The notes under the pieces were generated by a model, which was not told the origin of the DNA, did no database searches, and was given only the letters and a program-made list of their open reading frames with translations. Source: Bacillales bacterium UBA4691 (GTDB taxonomy: Bacteria; Bacillota_I; Bacilli_A; RFN20; CAG-826). Taken from it: DNA of 64,000 nt. The translations under genes were made by a program, and so were the position numbers. The stretch is taken from assembly GCA_002404865.1 (NCBI GenBank), contig DHKP01000028.1, forward strand, positions 34,809 through 98,808, in the 5' to 3' direction. Shown here in pieces: positions 36,216 through 47,021 of the stretch (positions are counted from its first letter, which is position 1; every line of letters starts with the position of its first letter).

Positions 36216-37844
36216 TTAGTATTTATTGTTTAAGTGATTTTGAAATTCTTTGCTTAAGGAAATGTAATCGATTTTGCCTACGTTTGTATGTTCGAATTCG
36301 TTTTTGGCAAAAATGAAGTCGGGAAGCTCGTAAGAATTAAATTCTTCTTTTAACTCGTCTAGGATATTGTCTTTCTTCGATTCAAAGGGGATTCCTTCTT
36401 TTAAGTGAACAAAGAGAGCGGTATAGTCTCGCCCGTCTTTTTGTTCGCCTAAATAGGCGCATTCTTCGACATAAGGAAGCGAAGACACGAACTTTTCTAT
36501 CGCAAGAGGATAAACATTTAATCCTTTCTTTTTTATCATGCGCTTTTTGCGCGAAACAAAGAATAAGAAACCATCTCTATCCATATAACCGATGTCACCT
36601 GTTTTTACCCATGGCTTGTTTTCGAAATAATAAAAGGGATCTTTTTGGTCGAAATAGCCATTCATCAATGTTTTGCCTGAGATAGCGATTTCTCCCATTT
36701 CGCCTGGCTTGACTTCCTTACCTTCCTCATTAAGTATTTTTACGATTACTCCAGGTAGCGGTTTTCCAATACTCCCTTTTCTGTTGTCGGAAAGACGATT
36801 GACGCTTAAAACGGTGACCGCTTCAGTTAATCCATATCCTTCTAGCATCTTTCCAACGCTCCCGCCTTCACTCAAACGATTGTTGAAGCGCTCAATTAAA
36901 GCAGGGGAAATGAAGTCTCCTCCAACGAAGCATTCGCGGATTGGCGCAAGGAGTTTGCCTTTAAAATGCTTATTTTTGAGTAATGCTTCATATAGAGCGG
37001 GCACTCCAATAAGAATATTGAGATGTTTCTTTTTGAGCAGTTTTATGACTTTGTTTGTTCGGAAAGAAGGAAGCAAAGCAATTCTTCCTCCATAAAGTAG
37101 AAGAGTTAATACACCCATCGTGAGCCCGAATCCATGGAACATCGGAAGGGCCGCTAGCATGGTTTTGTCGTACATCTCTTCTTCCTTTGTCCCCACGATC
37201 CATAAACCGGTATTGATGACAGAAAGGAAAGCGTAATCGCTTAGTACAATCGTCTTGCTTTTCCCTGTCGTTCCTCCGCTAGAAAGAAGGATTCGCCCGG
37301 CTTTAGAGTCGTAGTGCGTTTCCTTATCCGCGCGTTTTTTGCAGGCATTTCTAAATCTAGGAAGCTCTTTATGCGCGTGATAAAGAGCTAACTTTTTATG
37401 GTTGATTAAATAAAATGCGATCTTTTTAAATAATGGCAAAGAATTCGTGAAATCCAAGATGAGCATCGGGATATTTTTTTGTAGTAGTTTGTCATAAAAA
37501 CGAACAAAAAGAGAAACCGTCACTAATAGTTTCGATTTTTTCTCTTCAAATTCTCGTAGGATATTTTCTTGGCTCGTAAGGGGATGGAGCAGATGCACCT
37601 TAATTCCCGCCTGAGAAGCGCCTAAAAAAGCAGCGACGGATTCTGGCGTGTTCGGCGCAACAATTGTGATGATGTCATCTGCAGTTAATCCAAGCGAAAA
37701 ATAATAAGCCGCAAATTTGTTGCTAAGTTCTAAAAGGTCTAGATAGCTTAATGTTTTCCCTTCATAGTAAGCAGCGTCTTTTGGCCCGCGTATTATCGCG
37801 GTTGCACGAAAATTTTCGTAAATCGTTTTACTCGTATCAATCAT
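36216..37844 (-). CDS. AMP-dependent acyl-CoA synthetase/ligase
   Basis: LSSGGTTGKSKTI, GYGLTE and GDIGYMDRDGF motifs. Confidence 0.88.
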   Translation of the reverse strand: MIDTSKTIYENFRATAIIRGPKDAAYYEGKTLSYLDLLELSNKFAAYYFSLGLTADDIITIVAPNTPESVAAFLGASQAGIKVHLLHPLTSQENILREFEEKKSKLLVTVSLFVRFYDKLLQKNIPMLILDFTNSLPLFKKIAFYLINHKKLALYHAHKELPRFRNACKKRADKETHYDSKAGRILLSSGGTTGKSKTIVLSDYAFLSVINTGLWIVGTKEEEMYDKTMLAALPMFHGFGLTMGVLTLLLYGGRIALLPSFRTNKVIKLLKKKHLNILIGVPALYEALLKNKHFKGKLLAPIRECFVGGDFISPALIERFNNRLSEGGSVGKMLEGYGLTEAVTVLSVNRLSDNRKGSIGKPLPGVIVKILNEEGKEVKPGEMGEIAISGKTLMNGYFDQKDPFYYFENKPWVKTGDIGYMDRDGFLFFVSRKKRMIKKKGLNVYPLAIEKFVSSLPYVEECAYLGEQKDGRDYTALFVHLKEGIPFESKKDNILDELKEEFNSYELPDFIFAKNEFEHTNVGKIDYISLSKEFQNHLNNKY

Positions 37845-37858
37845 AAATAAACCTCATA

Positions 37859-38965
37859 TTAGAAGAATCGATAGCCCATCGGGCAGAAGACGATGGCGAT
37901 TAAACCGACTATTAGTGGCTGATGAAGAATATATACCCAAAGGCTTTTAAATCCAACCCAAGCGAATGGTTTATTCCATTTTCCATCAAGTTTTGGGAAT
38001 AAAGATTCTTTGTTTTTGTAGATGGTTTTCCCAAGGAATGCACCGATTAGTGTCCATCCAACCCATGGTATTAACGAGAAAAAATCACTTCCAACCCCGC
38101 GAAATCCTAGTGCACAAAGCACAAAATCACCGAAATTAAGGCCGAATACTGCCTGGAACCAATTAGATGATCGCAGCGGAGAATATAAAGGGATTGCTTG
38201 CTCATAAGAAGCACTATCGTATTTCCGAATCCACCAGTACCAAAATTCCTCAGCGTTATTAAATGTGATTTGATGGGAAGGATAAACCACGACGTAAGTG
38301 TAAATAATCCAAGAGACAATCAAACTAATTCCAAGCCCTAGATAAACCCACATTATCCAAGAAGGAGATTCCACTTTTTGTTTCGTATAGGCCTTACCGC
38401 TTTTTTCCGCAATTTTTTCCTTAATGAGTTCTATCCCTTTTCCAATCCATATGAAAATTTGGGGGACAAGCGATACAAAAAGAGTCCCCATCCCAAGCGC
38501 ATAGAGAACGCCGAATAAGAGCCTGAAATCCAAAGCGTCGCCTCCATTCACGGCAAAAGTGATGTGATAAATGATGTAAGAACCTGCTGATAAAATGAAT
38601 GAGGCAAGAAGAATCTTTAGCGAATGCTTCCAGTTATTTTTTGAGAAAGTAGAGGAAATACCGCAAATAAGAAAAAATAAAATTGCGAAATTGTGGAAAT
38701 TCTGTCGCCCGCCATTGTACCAATCTGTGAGCGATATGCTCATTTGGCTCACCCAATCGATGCCTACCGAATCGTAGTTATAAAAGAAATCGCGGAGATA
38801 CGCTAAATCATATATTGCATGGTCGATTACCATGCCTAACATGGCGACTCCTCGAATAAAATCGATTTCCCAGACTCTCTTTTTCTTTGCTTTTGGTTCG
38901 TTTATTTCTCCATCGATAGACAAATCATTTTGCCTATCGATGCTCACTTCAGTAACATTACGCAT
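37859..38965 (-). CDS. DUF1624 / heparan-alpha-glucosaminide N-acetyltransferase-like membrane acyltransferase
   Basis: WEIDFIRGVAMLGMVIDH motif and a polytopic topology. Confidence 0.65.
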   Translation of the reverse strand: MRNVTEVSIDRQNDLSIDGEINEPKAKKKRVWEIDFIRGVAMLGMVIDHAIYDLAYLRDFFYNYDSVGIDWVSQMSISLTDWYNGGRQNFHNFAILFFLICGISSTFSKNNWKHSLKILLASFILSAGSYIIYHITFAVNGGDALDFRLLFGVLYALGMGTLFVSLVPQIFIWIGKGIELIKEKIAEKSGKAYTKQKVESPSWIMWVYLGLGISLIVSWIIYTYVVVYPSHQITFNNAEEFWYWWIRKYDSASYEQAIPLYSPLRSSNWFQAVFGLNFGDFVLCALGFRGVGSDFFSLIPWVGWTLIGAFLGKTIYKNKESLFPKLDGKWNKPFAWVGFKSLWVYILHQPLIVGLIAIVFCPMGYRFF

Positions 38966-39080
38966 AACGGCTAATTTTAACCTTTTTCAGACCTAATAAG
39001 AAGCCTACGATACAAAAGAGACAATTGTTTTAGAAGGAACTCTTTGAGAAATATTGCCTTCTTCAGTAAAATTAAAGGCG

Positions 39081-40247
39081 ATGAAAGTCGGGATTATTGG
39101 CGCTGGCGCTAGCGGGATGTATAGTGCCTTGTTAATCAAAAAGAAGCACCCTTCTTGGGATGTATTCGTTTTTGAGAAAGAGTCCAAAGTAGGGCGAAAA
39201 TTGCTTGCGACTGGGAACGGGCACTGCAATCTTCTTAACGCTAAATTGTCCCCGCTATCATTTAATCGTAGAGATATTATTTCTTCTTATCTAGAGCTTT
39301 ACCCTTATCAGAAACTATTGGATACGATTCACTCATTTGGCATTATGACAATGGAAATAGGGAACGCGGTATACCCTTTAACATATAGCGCTGCTTCTTT
39401 TGTCCATATTTTGGAAGATTCTTTAAAGCGTTTATCGGTTCGTTTGTTATTGAATACAAAAGTAATCGATTATCAAAAAAACACGCAAAACGTTACTATT
39501 TTTACGGATAATGGCGATTTTTGCGTTGATTATCTACTGATTTCTACCGGGGGAGAGAGTTCTCCTAACCTAGGGAGCGACGGGTCATTATTCCCGATTT
39601 TAGAAAAACATGGTTATCAAATTTCCCCTCTTCGTCCAGGGCTATGCCCGATTGTAGTTAAGGAAAAACGCTTTTTGGGTTCTTTAGCGGGCGTTCGCCA
39701 CGTTTGTTCTGCATTCTTATTGAAAAACGGCAAGTTTTTAGCCAAAGAAGATGGAGAATTCATCTATAAAAGCGATGGATTATCAGGTATCTGCATTTTT
39801 AATCTTGAAAGCGTGATTCTTCGCGACTCAGGGAAAGATACGTTTGAAATTGTTCTCGATTTGTTCCCGGGAATGATATTAAAAGAAACTTTGCAGAGTT
39901 CTTATTCAACTCTAGCCGAGCATTTCTTAGACGCGATTTTGCCAAAAGAACTAGAAAAGGAAGCGATGCGACAATTTGGGAAAGAACGTGTTTCGAAAAA
40001 CGATTTGGCTCTTTTTGAAAAGACCCTTCACCATTTTCATTACATATTTGAGTCTCCCTATCCTTTTAAAAATAGCCAGGTTACGATTGGGGGAGTTAGT
40101 TTTGAAGAAGTCTCTTTCTCTTTGCTTAGCAAAAAAGAGCCAAATGTTTATTTTCTTGGTGAGGCACTTGATATGGATGGGCTTTGTGGCGGAAATAATT
40201 TGTCTTGGGCATTGCTTAGCGCTTTAATCGTAAGCGAATCATTATGA
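39081..40247 (+). CDS. HI0933/BaiN-like FAD-dependent oxidoreductase
   Basis: MKVGIIGAGASGMY and GRKLLATGNGHCNLLN. The start was moved to the ATG after AAAGG. Confidence 0.75.
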   Translation: MKVGIIGAGASGMYSALLIKKKHPSWDVFVFEKESKVGRKLLATGNGHCNLLNAKLSPLSFNRRDIISSYLELYPYQKLLDTIHSFGIMTMEIGNAVYPLTYSAASFVHILEDSLKRLSVRLLLNTKVIDYQKNTQNVTIFTDNGDFCVDYLLISTGGESSPNLGSDGSLFPILEKHGYQISPLRPGLCPIVVKEKRFLGSLAGVRHVCSAFLLKNGKFLAKEDGEFIYKSDGLSGICIFNLESVILRDSGKDTFEIVLDLFPGMILKETLQSSYSTLAEHFLDAILPKELEKEAMRQFGKERVSKNDLALFEKTLHHFHYIFESPYPFKNSQVTIGGVSFEEVSFSLLSKKEPNVYFLGEALDMDGLCGGNNLSWALLSALIVSESL

Positions 40248-41803
40248 AATTTGTAATCCGCGGCATTACTTTGCCCATCAATCATAAAGAAGGCGATCTT
40301 GCGAAAAAAATCGCAAAGGAAACTCGGACCGAGCCAAAATATTTTTCTTATACGGTTTTGAGGAAATCGATTGACGCAAGAAAAGGCGACGTGAATTTCG
40401 TTTATAGCGTCGTGGTGGATAGCTCTATCTATTTACGTGGTAGGAACCTCGTTCCTTACGAAGAGCCCAAACCCTTATTCATCCCTAAATCACGTTTAGA
40501 CAATCGCCCGATAGTCGTTGGCTTTGGGCCAGCAGGGATGTTCGCTTCTCTTTTGCTTGCTAGAAGCGGAGCCAAACCAATTGTGCTAGAACGAGGAAAA
40601 TGCGTTGAAGAAAGAAGCAAAGACATCGACAAACTAAAACAAAATGCCATTTTAAATCCAAACAGCAACATTTGTTATGGAGAAGGCGGTGCTGGTACTT
40701 TTAGCGATGGGAAATTAAATACTGGCGTTAACGATGAACGGACGAAATTCGTACTCGAAGAATTTGTAAAACATGGGGCGAAAAAAGACATCCTCGTTGA
40801 CGCATTGCCCCATATTGGTAGTGACTATTTGAAAAATGTCGTTAAAAACTTTCGCGAAGAGATTATCTCCTTAGGCGGCGACATTCTTTTTCAAACCGAA
40901 CTCACTGAGGTTTTGACTTCAAAAAGCAAAGTCTGCGGAGTGAAGTGCTTAAGTAACGGTTCTCCCTTAGTGATTGATGCCGATCGTGTGATTTTAGCAA
41001 TCGGCCATAGTCCATTTGACACCGTTTCTTCTTTGACTAAAGGCGGTTTGGCGATTGCTCCAAAAGATTTTTCAATCGGCGTGCGGATTGAGCATCTTCA
41101 AAGCGCGATTAACGAAACTCGCTACCATTCTTATTCTTCTAACCCGCTTCTACCAGCCGCATCGTATAAATGTGTCACTCATTTAAATAATGGGCGCGCC
41201 GTTTATTCTTTTTGTATGTGCCCAGGTGGCTACGTTATGAATAGCTCAACCGAAGCAAACACCATTGTGACAAATGGCATGAGCAACAACGATCGCGGTG
41301 GCAAAAACGGGAATAGCGCTTTGCTTGTTCCTGTTAAAATTAGCGATTATTTCCGCAATAAACCCCTGGATGGTTTTGTTTTCCGGCAAAAAATTGAACA
41401 AGCTGCCTTTTTAAAAGAAAAACCATATTACGCTCCAATTCAGCTTGTGGGCGATTTTTTAAGCGGATGCAAAAGCGATAGCGTTAAAACAGTGGAACCG
41501 ACCTATACACCTGGCGTTTATTTTGCTGATCTTGATCACTACTTGCCAGGTTTCATTTCTTCTTCCTTAAAAGAAGGAATTCTTTCTTTAGCTAAACAGC
41601 TTGCCTTTATGAAAGACGAGGATGCAATATTGACAGGTTTTGAGACCCGTTCTTCTTCCCCGATCCGCATCCCTCGCGATGTCTCTATGCAATCGAATAT
41701 CTCTGGCTTATATCCATGTGGGGAAGGCGCTTCTTATGCAGGCGGGATTACTTCCGCGGCCCTTGACGGCATCAAAGTCGCTCTTGCGGTTCTGGGCGAA
41801 TGA
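40244..41803 (+). CDS. FAD-dependent protein (COG2509-like)
   Basis: IVVGFGPAGMFASLLLARSGAKPIVLERG. There is a 4-nt overlap with the upstream flavoprotein gene. Confidence 0.7.
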   Translation: MKFVIRGITLPINHKEGDLAKKIAKETRTEPKYFSYTVLRKSIDARKGDVNFVYSVVVDSSIYLRGRNLVPYEEPKPLFIPKSRLDNRPIVVGFGPAGMFASLLLARSGAKPIVLERGKCVEERSKDIDKLKQNAILNPNSNICYGEGGAGTFSDGKLNTGVNDERTKFVLEEFVKHGAKKDILVDALPHIGSDYLKNVVKNFREEIISLGGDILFQTELTEVLTSKSKVCGVKCLSNGSPLVIDADRVILAIGHSPFDTVSSLTKGGLAIAPKDFSIGVRIEHLQSAINETRYHSYSSNPLLPAASYKCVTHLNNGRAVYSFCMCPGGYVMNSSTEANTIVTNGMSNNDRGGKNGNSALLVPVKISDYFRNKPLDGFVFRQKIEQAAFLKEKPYYAPIQLVGDFLSGCKSDSVKTVEPTYTPGVYFADLDHYLPGFISSSLKEGILSLAKQLAFMKDEDAILTGFETRSSSPIRIPRDVSMQSNISGLYPCGEGASYAGGITSAALDGIKVALAVLGE

Positions 41804-41954
41804 ATTAATTTCACTTGTAGCGATTAAAAAATCGCTCGAAAAGTAACATTTAGGAGAAACCCCTCGTTGACTATCTTGAAAAGATAGACTTAAATATACG
41901 AGTTACGCGATTCTATGAATCGGCGCATCTATTAGTTTTCATGAAAGGGTTAGT

Positions 41955-42902
41955 ATGAACAAATATCAAAACACTTCCCGCGTTCTCGTTTTAGGCTTCC
42001 AAGTCCTAATTTTTCTCTTGTTTGGAGCTTTTGGCTGCTATTATGGGTTCTTTGCCGTCCCTGCTTATCTTACTTCGAATCCTACCATCAACGGCATTGT
42101 CTCCAGTGGCTATGCCTATAACTTATTCCTTGAGCTTGGCGTGATTGGCCTTACCGAAATGACGATCGCTATCTACGGAATCGCTCAAGGGCTTAAGGGA
42201 ATCCGCGAGCCAAATAACGATACGCCTGTAAGAAATGGTTTTACCGCGTTTATTGTTCAAGGCTATTTAGCCGCAGTTTTCTTCTTCCTTAATGCTTTTG
42301 TCTTCTTCGATTTAGTCAAAGGAACAAACCTAATCTTCGTCATTGTTATGGCCCTTATCCTTACCATAGTTTTAATGATTGCCACAAATATTCCTATGGT
42401 TCGCCTTTACGATAACGAAGATCAAAAACCATTGCTTTCCGGGATGACATTTGGTTTTGGAATCGCCGGTGCTTGGGTTGCAATTCTAAGTGCGCTTACT
42501 TTAGTTTGCTCATTTACCGTTGATAGCCAAGCTTTCTATTCCCAAATGCGCATTCTCCTTATCGTTGGCGTCGTTGGTGGCTTAGCGATTGCGTTATTAT
42601 TAGGACTTGCAGGTCGCTTATTACTTAAAGGCAAAAAAGAGAATGCTTCGGAAGTTGCCGGTTATCTATCTAGCGGAGCACTTGGGGTTTCTGGCATTGT
42701 TTTCTTAGCTATGGGCATTCTTGATATCGTTTGGAAAGATAACCTTTGCCATTTTAATTCTGCAAGCAAATCCTTCGATTATGGCTATCCGTTCCCAATT
42801 ATGGCGATTATCTTAGGCGCGTTATTACTCGTTGGCGCTACCGCTTTCTTAGTTCTTAGCTATAAAGGCACAAACGCTAAGGCAACGAATCATAAAGCCT
42901 AA
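41955..42902 (+). CDS. Polytopic membrane protein, function unknown
   Basis: 315 aa with about 8 hydrophobic segments. No motif recognised. Confidence 0.6.
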   Translation: MNKYQNTSRVLVLGFQVLIFLLFGAFGCYYGFFAVPAYLTSNPTINGIVSSGYAYNLFLELGVIGLTEMTIAIYGIAQGLKGIREPNNDTPVRNGFTAFIVQGYLAAVFFFLNAFVFFDLVKGTNLIFVIVMALILTIVLMIATNIPMVRLYDNEDQKPLLSGMTFGFGIAGAWVAILSALTLVCSFTVDSQAFYSQMRILLIVGVVGGLAIALLLGLAGRLLLKGKKENASEVAGYLSSGALGVSGIVFLAMGILDIVWKDNLCHFNSASKSFDYGYPFPIMAIILGALLLVGATAFLVLSYKGTNAKATNHKA

Positions 42903-42927
42903 TTGTAACCTATAAATACGAACGATT

Positions 42928-42952
42928 GCCGTCACGAGTGTGACGGCTTTTT
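42928..42952 (+). terminator. Rho-independent terminator
   Basis: GCCGTCAC-GAGT-GTGACGGC followed by TTTTT. Confidence 0.85.
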
Positions 42953-42956
42953 CAAT

Positions 42957-42988
42957 AAAAAAAGAACCATGTTTTTTGGCATGATTCT
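42957..42988 (-). terminator. Rho-independent terminator for the acnX genes
   Basis: Minus strand reads AGAATCATG-CCAAAAAA-CATGGTTCT followed by a U-run. Confidence 0.6.
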
Positions 42989-43001
42989 ATTTCGCTAGCG
43001 A

Positions 43002-43445
43002 TTAATAAACGATGACGGTTCCGTCCTCTTTGATTTCAATTTCCCCGCCTTCTTTTGCGGTGAGTAGGAATTCATCTCCTAGATTATCGATTGCAATGAG
43101 GGGAACATGGTTCCAAACTCTAGCAAGTGTGATTCCGCTCGCGGCGAGAGGATCGATTTCTTTTGAGAAGAGCCATGCAGCAGGTGATAAACCTCTACTA
43201 GCCACCGTTTGAATGACCATTCCCCCTGTAGTAGAGCCAATGGTTTGCGGCAAGCACAAAGCAACGCCGGTGATGTTCTTGCCAAAGAGATCTTTGTTGT
43301 TTTGATCACTCACAATGACTTTTTTCGCTCCTGCATTAAGGCATGATTTTTGGAAGGAAGCGAGGGTATTGAAGCCAGCGTGCGACACCATCGCGACTCC
43401 TTTATAGGTGCCTGAAAATAGCACTCGTCCATGGAATTCTTTCAT
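43002..43445 (-). CDS. Aconitase X swivel-domain subunit (DUF126)
   Basis: 147 aa, translationally adjacent to the DUF521 subunit. The MKEFHGRVLFSG..G.AMVS N-terminus is typical of the family. Confidence 0.75.
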   Translation of the reverse strand: MKEFHGRVLFSGTYKGVAMVSHAGFNTLASFQKSCLNAGAKKVIVSDQNNKDLFGKNITGVALCLPQTIGSTTGGMVIQTVASRGLSPAAWLFSKEIDPLAASGITLARVWNHVPLIAIDNLGDEFLLTAKEGGEIEIKEDGTVIVY

Positions 43446-43447
43446 TA

Positions 43448-44740
43448 TTATTTCCCCTCCTTGTTTCCCGTGATTATCGCTAAAGTATCTGCGTCTTTAT
43501 AATAGCGAGAGAATGTATAGGTCCTTAATTTATTGCTATTGGTCATAAGGCGGTGTTTCCCGCATAAAGGATTATCCGCATACATCAATGGGCAGATATA
43601 GGAAAGATGTGCGCCAGTTTTTAATAATCGTTCATAATAGGGCGTTTTGCGGAATTCTTTTATCACGGCTGGAGAGGTGGTGAAAACAGTATCGATAACG
43701 AGTTTTTTCTTGCCGCTTTCTTTAAGAGAAGCTTCGATTTTCTCCGTCCAGTCTTTTAATTGCTTCAAGGTGAGATGTGGGCAACCGATAAAACAGCGAT
43801 ACGCTTTTTTGTTAGGGTTCTTCCACATGATTGGATAAGACTTATAGACACGTTCAAGCTCCGCGTCATCGATAATGTATTCTTTGACGTTATCTCTAAG
43901 GAGAGATTCTCCCATTTCTTTTGCTTCGGGAGTTATGCCGTCAATGTGATATAAACCGACGGCGCCGTTACTTGCTGTTGCGGCTCCGAAGTCTTTTAAA
44001 TAAGCAATCGTATCTTCATTAGGAAGCTGCTTTAGGTATTTATCTAATCCAATAACATAGGGGACTTCCGCCATAACTTTCATACCAATTGCTGAGCCTA
44101 ATATTTGGGCTTCAGGAATTTTTGTAGTCTTTAGTATCACTTTCCAATCGGCTTTCCTACCTTCATCGGTGATAAAGCCAAATTCAGGCGTGACTCCTAA
44201 AATGGTTTCGAATAATTCGATGACGCCGGAATTGCGGTTGCAGCGCGCTCCTAGGACCGAGTTAGCGTAGACAACAGCGCTAGATTCAGCCCAAGCGATA
44301 ATGTCGCCTTTCTTAGGCTCATTGCCCATAAGATAGCAAGTGCAGGAGAATGCTTCATCGTCACGAAGACCTACTTTTTTGAGCTGTTCTTCATAACTCT
44401 TTTGTTTCCCGTACATAAAGTGGTTGAAGACGAGTTTCTCTATCGGGTTCGCTTTGACGTTTTTATAGTCGATTGGGCGGGGATCAGCGGTAAACCCTTC
44501 TGGCGCCTTTAAACCCGCGCGGATTAGTTCGTCCATAAGAGGATATAAGGGTTTTAGCATCGAGATACCAAAACTAGTCACCAAATGTCCTTCTTTGTGT
44601 GTGAGTGGCGCTAGACGTGTCGCGCCGAAAGTATCCCCATATCGGACAATGACTTCCATCATCTTTTGGAGGGTTTCGCCTTTTTCTCCGTTAAGGATAC
44701 TTGCTTGTTCTTTGCTCAAAGCCATTTTTGGCTGATACAT
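43448..44740 (-). CDS. Aconitase X catalytic subunit (DUF521)
   Basis: 430 aa, with the typical two-gene AcnX arrangement alongside DUF126. Confidence 0.75.
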   Translation of the reverse strand: MYQPKMALSKEQASILNGEKGETLQKMMEVIVRYGDTFGATRLAPLTHKEGHLVTSFGISMLKPLYPLMDELIRAGLKAPEGFTADPRPIDYKNVKANPIEKLVFNHFMYGKQKSYEEQLKKVGLRDDEAFSCTCYLMGNEPKKGDIIAWAESSAVVYANSVLGARCNRNSGVIELFETILGVTPEFGFITDEGRKADWKVILKTTKIPEAQILGSAIGMKVMAEVPYVIGLDKYLKQLPNEDTIAYLKDFGAATASNGAVGLYHIDGITPEAKEMGESLLRDNVKEYIIDDAELERVYKSYPIMWKNPNKKAYRCFIGCPHLTLKQLKDWTEKIEASLKESGKKKLVIDTVFTTSPAVIKEFRKTPYYERLLKTGAHLSYICPLMYADNPLCGKHRLMTNSNKLRTYTFSRYYKDADTLAIITGNKEGK

Positions 44741-44906
44741 GAAAGAGCTCCTTTCTAATTTTTGATTGGCGTTTGCCTTTTAACTGCATTCATTATAAAG
44801 GCTAAATTCCGCTTTCTATTAAAATTATCGATAAACCGATTTCTTTTTTACCGATTAGATGCAAATTCGTAATAAGATATAGAAAATTTAATAAGAGGAA
44901 TAACTT

Positions 44907-46958
44907 ATGGACCACAAGTATGATTCTCTGTTTACTCCTTGGAAAATCGGAAACGTGACGATTAAAAACCGTATCGTGATGACTTCCATGGGCGGAACAT
45001 CTATTTTTGGCTGGATGGAGCCAAATCACTTCGACAAAGAAGCTGCAAACTTTTTGCTCGAACGGGCGAAAAACAACGTCGGATTAATTCTTCCTGGTAT
45101 CGCGCCGATTCAAAACCCGATTGGTGGAGCTTGGCTTTATCAAAATAAAGGGATGTACCGCAAATTAAAAGAATTCATGACGGAATTCCACAAAACGGGT
45201 GCGAAGATGTTTGTCCAGATTACCGCTGGCTTTGGCCGATCGATGGCAGTCACCGAGCTCATGGAGAAAATCTATTGCAACAAATTCCTTCGCGTTTTGG
45301 CTAAACCCGTTCTAAACGTTGAAAAGCTTTGCGCTTCTGCGAGCGAAACCCCAAACCGTTGGAGCGATAAGGTTCCTTCTCGCCCTTTAAGCAAAAAAGA
45401 AATCGAGCAATTCGTGAGGGCTTTTGCAAAAGTAGCCAAGCTTTGCAAGGATGCTGGCGTCGATGGAGTAGAAGTGCATGCCGTCCATGAAGGGTATTTA
45501 TTGGATCAATTCACCTTAAAGTACACCAATCATAGAACGGATGAATACGGAGGCAGTTTCGAAGGGAGATATAAGTTCCCCGTTGATATTGTTAAAGCCA
45601 TCAAAAAAGAATGCGGAAATGATTTCCCGGTTTCCCTTCGTTATAGCGTTATTAGTAAGACCAAAGGTTTCCGTCAAGGCGCTTTGCCTCTCGAAAATTA
45701 CATAGAAGTTGGTCGCGACATGGAAGAAAGCGAAAAAGCCGCGAAATATCTTCAAGACGCAGGTTACGATATGCTCAATTGCGATAACGGCACATATGAT
45801 GCTTGGTATTGGGCCCATCCTCCGATATACATGGGTGAAAACTGTAATCTAGAAGACGTTACCCATATTAAGAAATTCGTTTCCATTCCTGTCGTTTGTG
45901 CAGGAAGGATGAATCCGGAGGTCGGCGCAAAAGCCGTTGAAGAAGGCAAAATCGATGGTGTTGGCATTGCCCGTCAATTTTTAGCAGACCCTGAATGGGT
46001 AACAAAATTAATGGCAGGGAAAGAAGAAGAGATTCGCCCATGCATTTGTTGCCATAATGGCTGTTTCAATATGTGCCACTATAAGGGCGTTGCTAACGAT
46101 CAAGAACTTTCCGATACTAGCGGTATGGCTCGCTGCGCGGTTAATGCAGAGACCATGCAAACCACAAAGCATTATATCGCGAAAACCAGTCATCCTAAGA
46201 CAGTTGCAATTATTGGCGGCGGAATCGGGGGCATGGAAACGGCTCGCGTTTTAAAACTTAGAGGGCACACGCCTATCATCTATGAGAAAAACGATCATCT
46301 CGGCGGAACGTTTGTCGCGGCTGGAAAAGCATCCTTCAAAGGGAAACTCCGCGATTTAGAAGATTGGTACGAACTTCAAATGAAGGAACTCGGCATCGAA
46401 GTTCATCTTAATAGCGAAATAATGGACATTCATTCCATTAAGGCTGATGAATATGTCATTGCGACTGGTTCTAAAGCAAAAAGATTCAAGATCCCTGGCA
46501 TTGAAAATAGCGTGGAGGCGATTGAATTCCTTAATGGCGCCCCAATCGGAAAGAAAGTCGTAATTGTGGGTGGCGGCTTAACAGGATGCGAAATCGCTTA
46601 TGAATTAGCACTCGATGGCAAAGAGCCAACCATCGTAGAAATGAAGGATGATTTGATTGCCCAAAAAGGCATTTGCCTTGCAAACTCCTCCTATTTGCGT
46701 GAATATTTCGCGCTTCACCAGATCCCTGTTTATCTAGAAGCGAAAGTAAAAGAGATTCAAAAAGACAAAGTCGTCGTTATAAAGAAAGACGGATCCATTC
46801 TCTCTATCCCTACCGATTCTACGATTATGTCAGTTGGCTATAATTCCACTCCGTTAACGAAAGAAGAGCGGAAAGTTCACCTTGTTGGCGATTGCTATAG
46901 CGTTGGTAACTTAAAAACGGTAATCTGGCGCGCTTACGAAGTGGCGATGAAAATCTGA
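44907..46958 (+). CDS. Old-yellow-enzyme/2,4-dienoyl-CoA reductase-like FMN, Fe-S and FAD oxidoreductase
   Basis: 683 aa. The N-terminal TIM-barrel OYE region is IKNRIVMTSMGG. The Cys cluster is RPCICCHNGCFNMC. The C-terminal dinucleotide folds are VAIIGGGIGGME and VIVGGGLTGCE. Confidence 0.85.
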   Translation: MDHKYDSLFTPWKIGNVTIKNRIVMTSMGGTSIFGWMEPNHFDKEAANFLLERAKNNVGLILPGIAPIQNPIGGAWLYQNKGMYRKLKEFMTEFHKTGAKMFVQITAGFGRSMAVTELMEKIYCNKFLRVLAKPVLNVEKLCASASETPNRWSDKVPSRPLSKKEIEQFVRAFAKVAKLCKDAGVDGVEVHAVHEGYLLDQFTLKYTNHRTDEYGGSFEGRYKFPVDIVKAIKKECGNDFPVSLRYSVISKTKGFRQGALPLENYIEVGRDMEESEKAAKYLQDAGYDMLNCDNGTYDAWYWAHPPIYMGENCNLEDVTHIKKFVSIPVVCAGRMNPEVGAKAVEEGKIDGVGIARQFLADPEWVTKLMAGKEEEIRPCICCHNGCFNMCHYKGVANDQELSDTSGMARCAVNAETMQTTKHYIAKTSHPKTVAIIGGGIGGMETARVLKLRGHTPIIYEKNDHLGGTFVAAGKASFKGKLRDLEDWYELQMKELGIEVHLNSEIMDIHSIKADEYVIATGSKAKRFKIPGIENSVEAIEFLNGAPIGKKVVIVGGGLTGCEIAYELALDGKEPTIVEMKDDLIAQKGICLANSSYLREYFALHQIPVYLEAKVKEIQKDKVVVIKKDGSILSIPTDSTIMSVGYNSTPLTKEERKVHLVGDCYSVGNLKTVIWRAYEVAMKI

Positions 46959-46963
46959 GTTTA

Positions 46964-46985
46964 GGGGCTAGTAGCCCCTTTTCTC
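46964..46985 (+). terminator. Rho-independent terminator
   Basis: GGGGCT-AGT-AGCCCC followed by TTTTCT. Confidence 0.7.
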
Positions 46986-47021
46986 TTGCTTAGCTTATCG
47001 AAAGAAGCAATCATAATAAGG

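Noticed and set aside
36673-37095. 140-aa plus-strand ORF antisense to the acyl-CoA ligase gene
   Set aside because: It is a Pro/Ser-rich mirror frame of a supported CDS.
39005-39229. 74-aa minus-strand ORF overlapping the start of the HI0933-like gene
   Set aside because: It has no RBS and overlaps a supported CDS and its promoter region.
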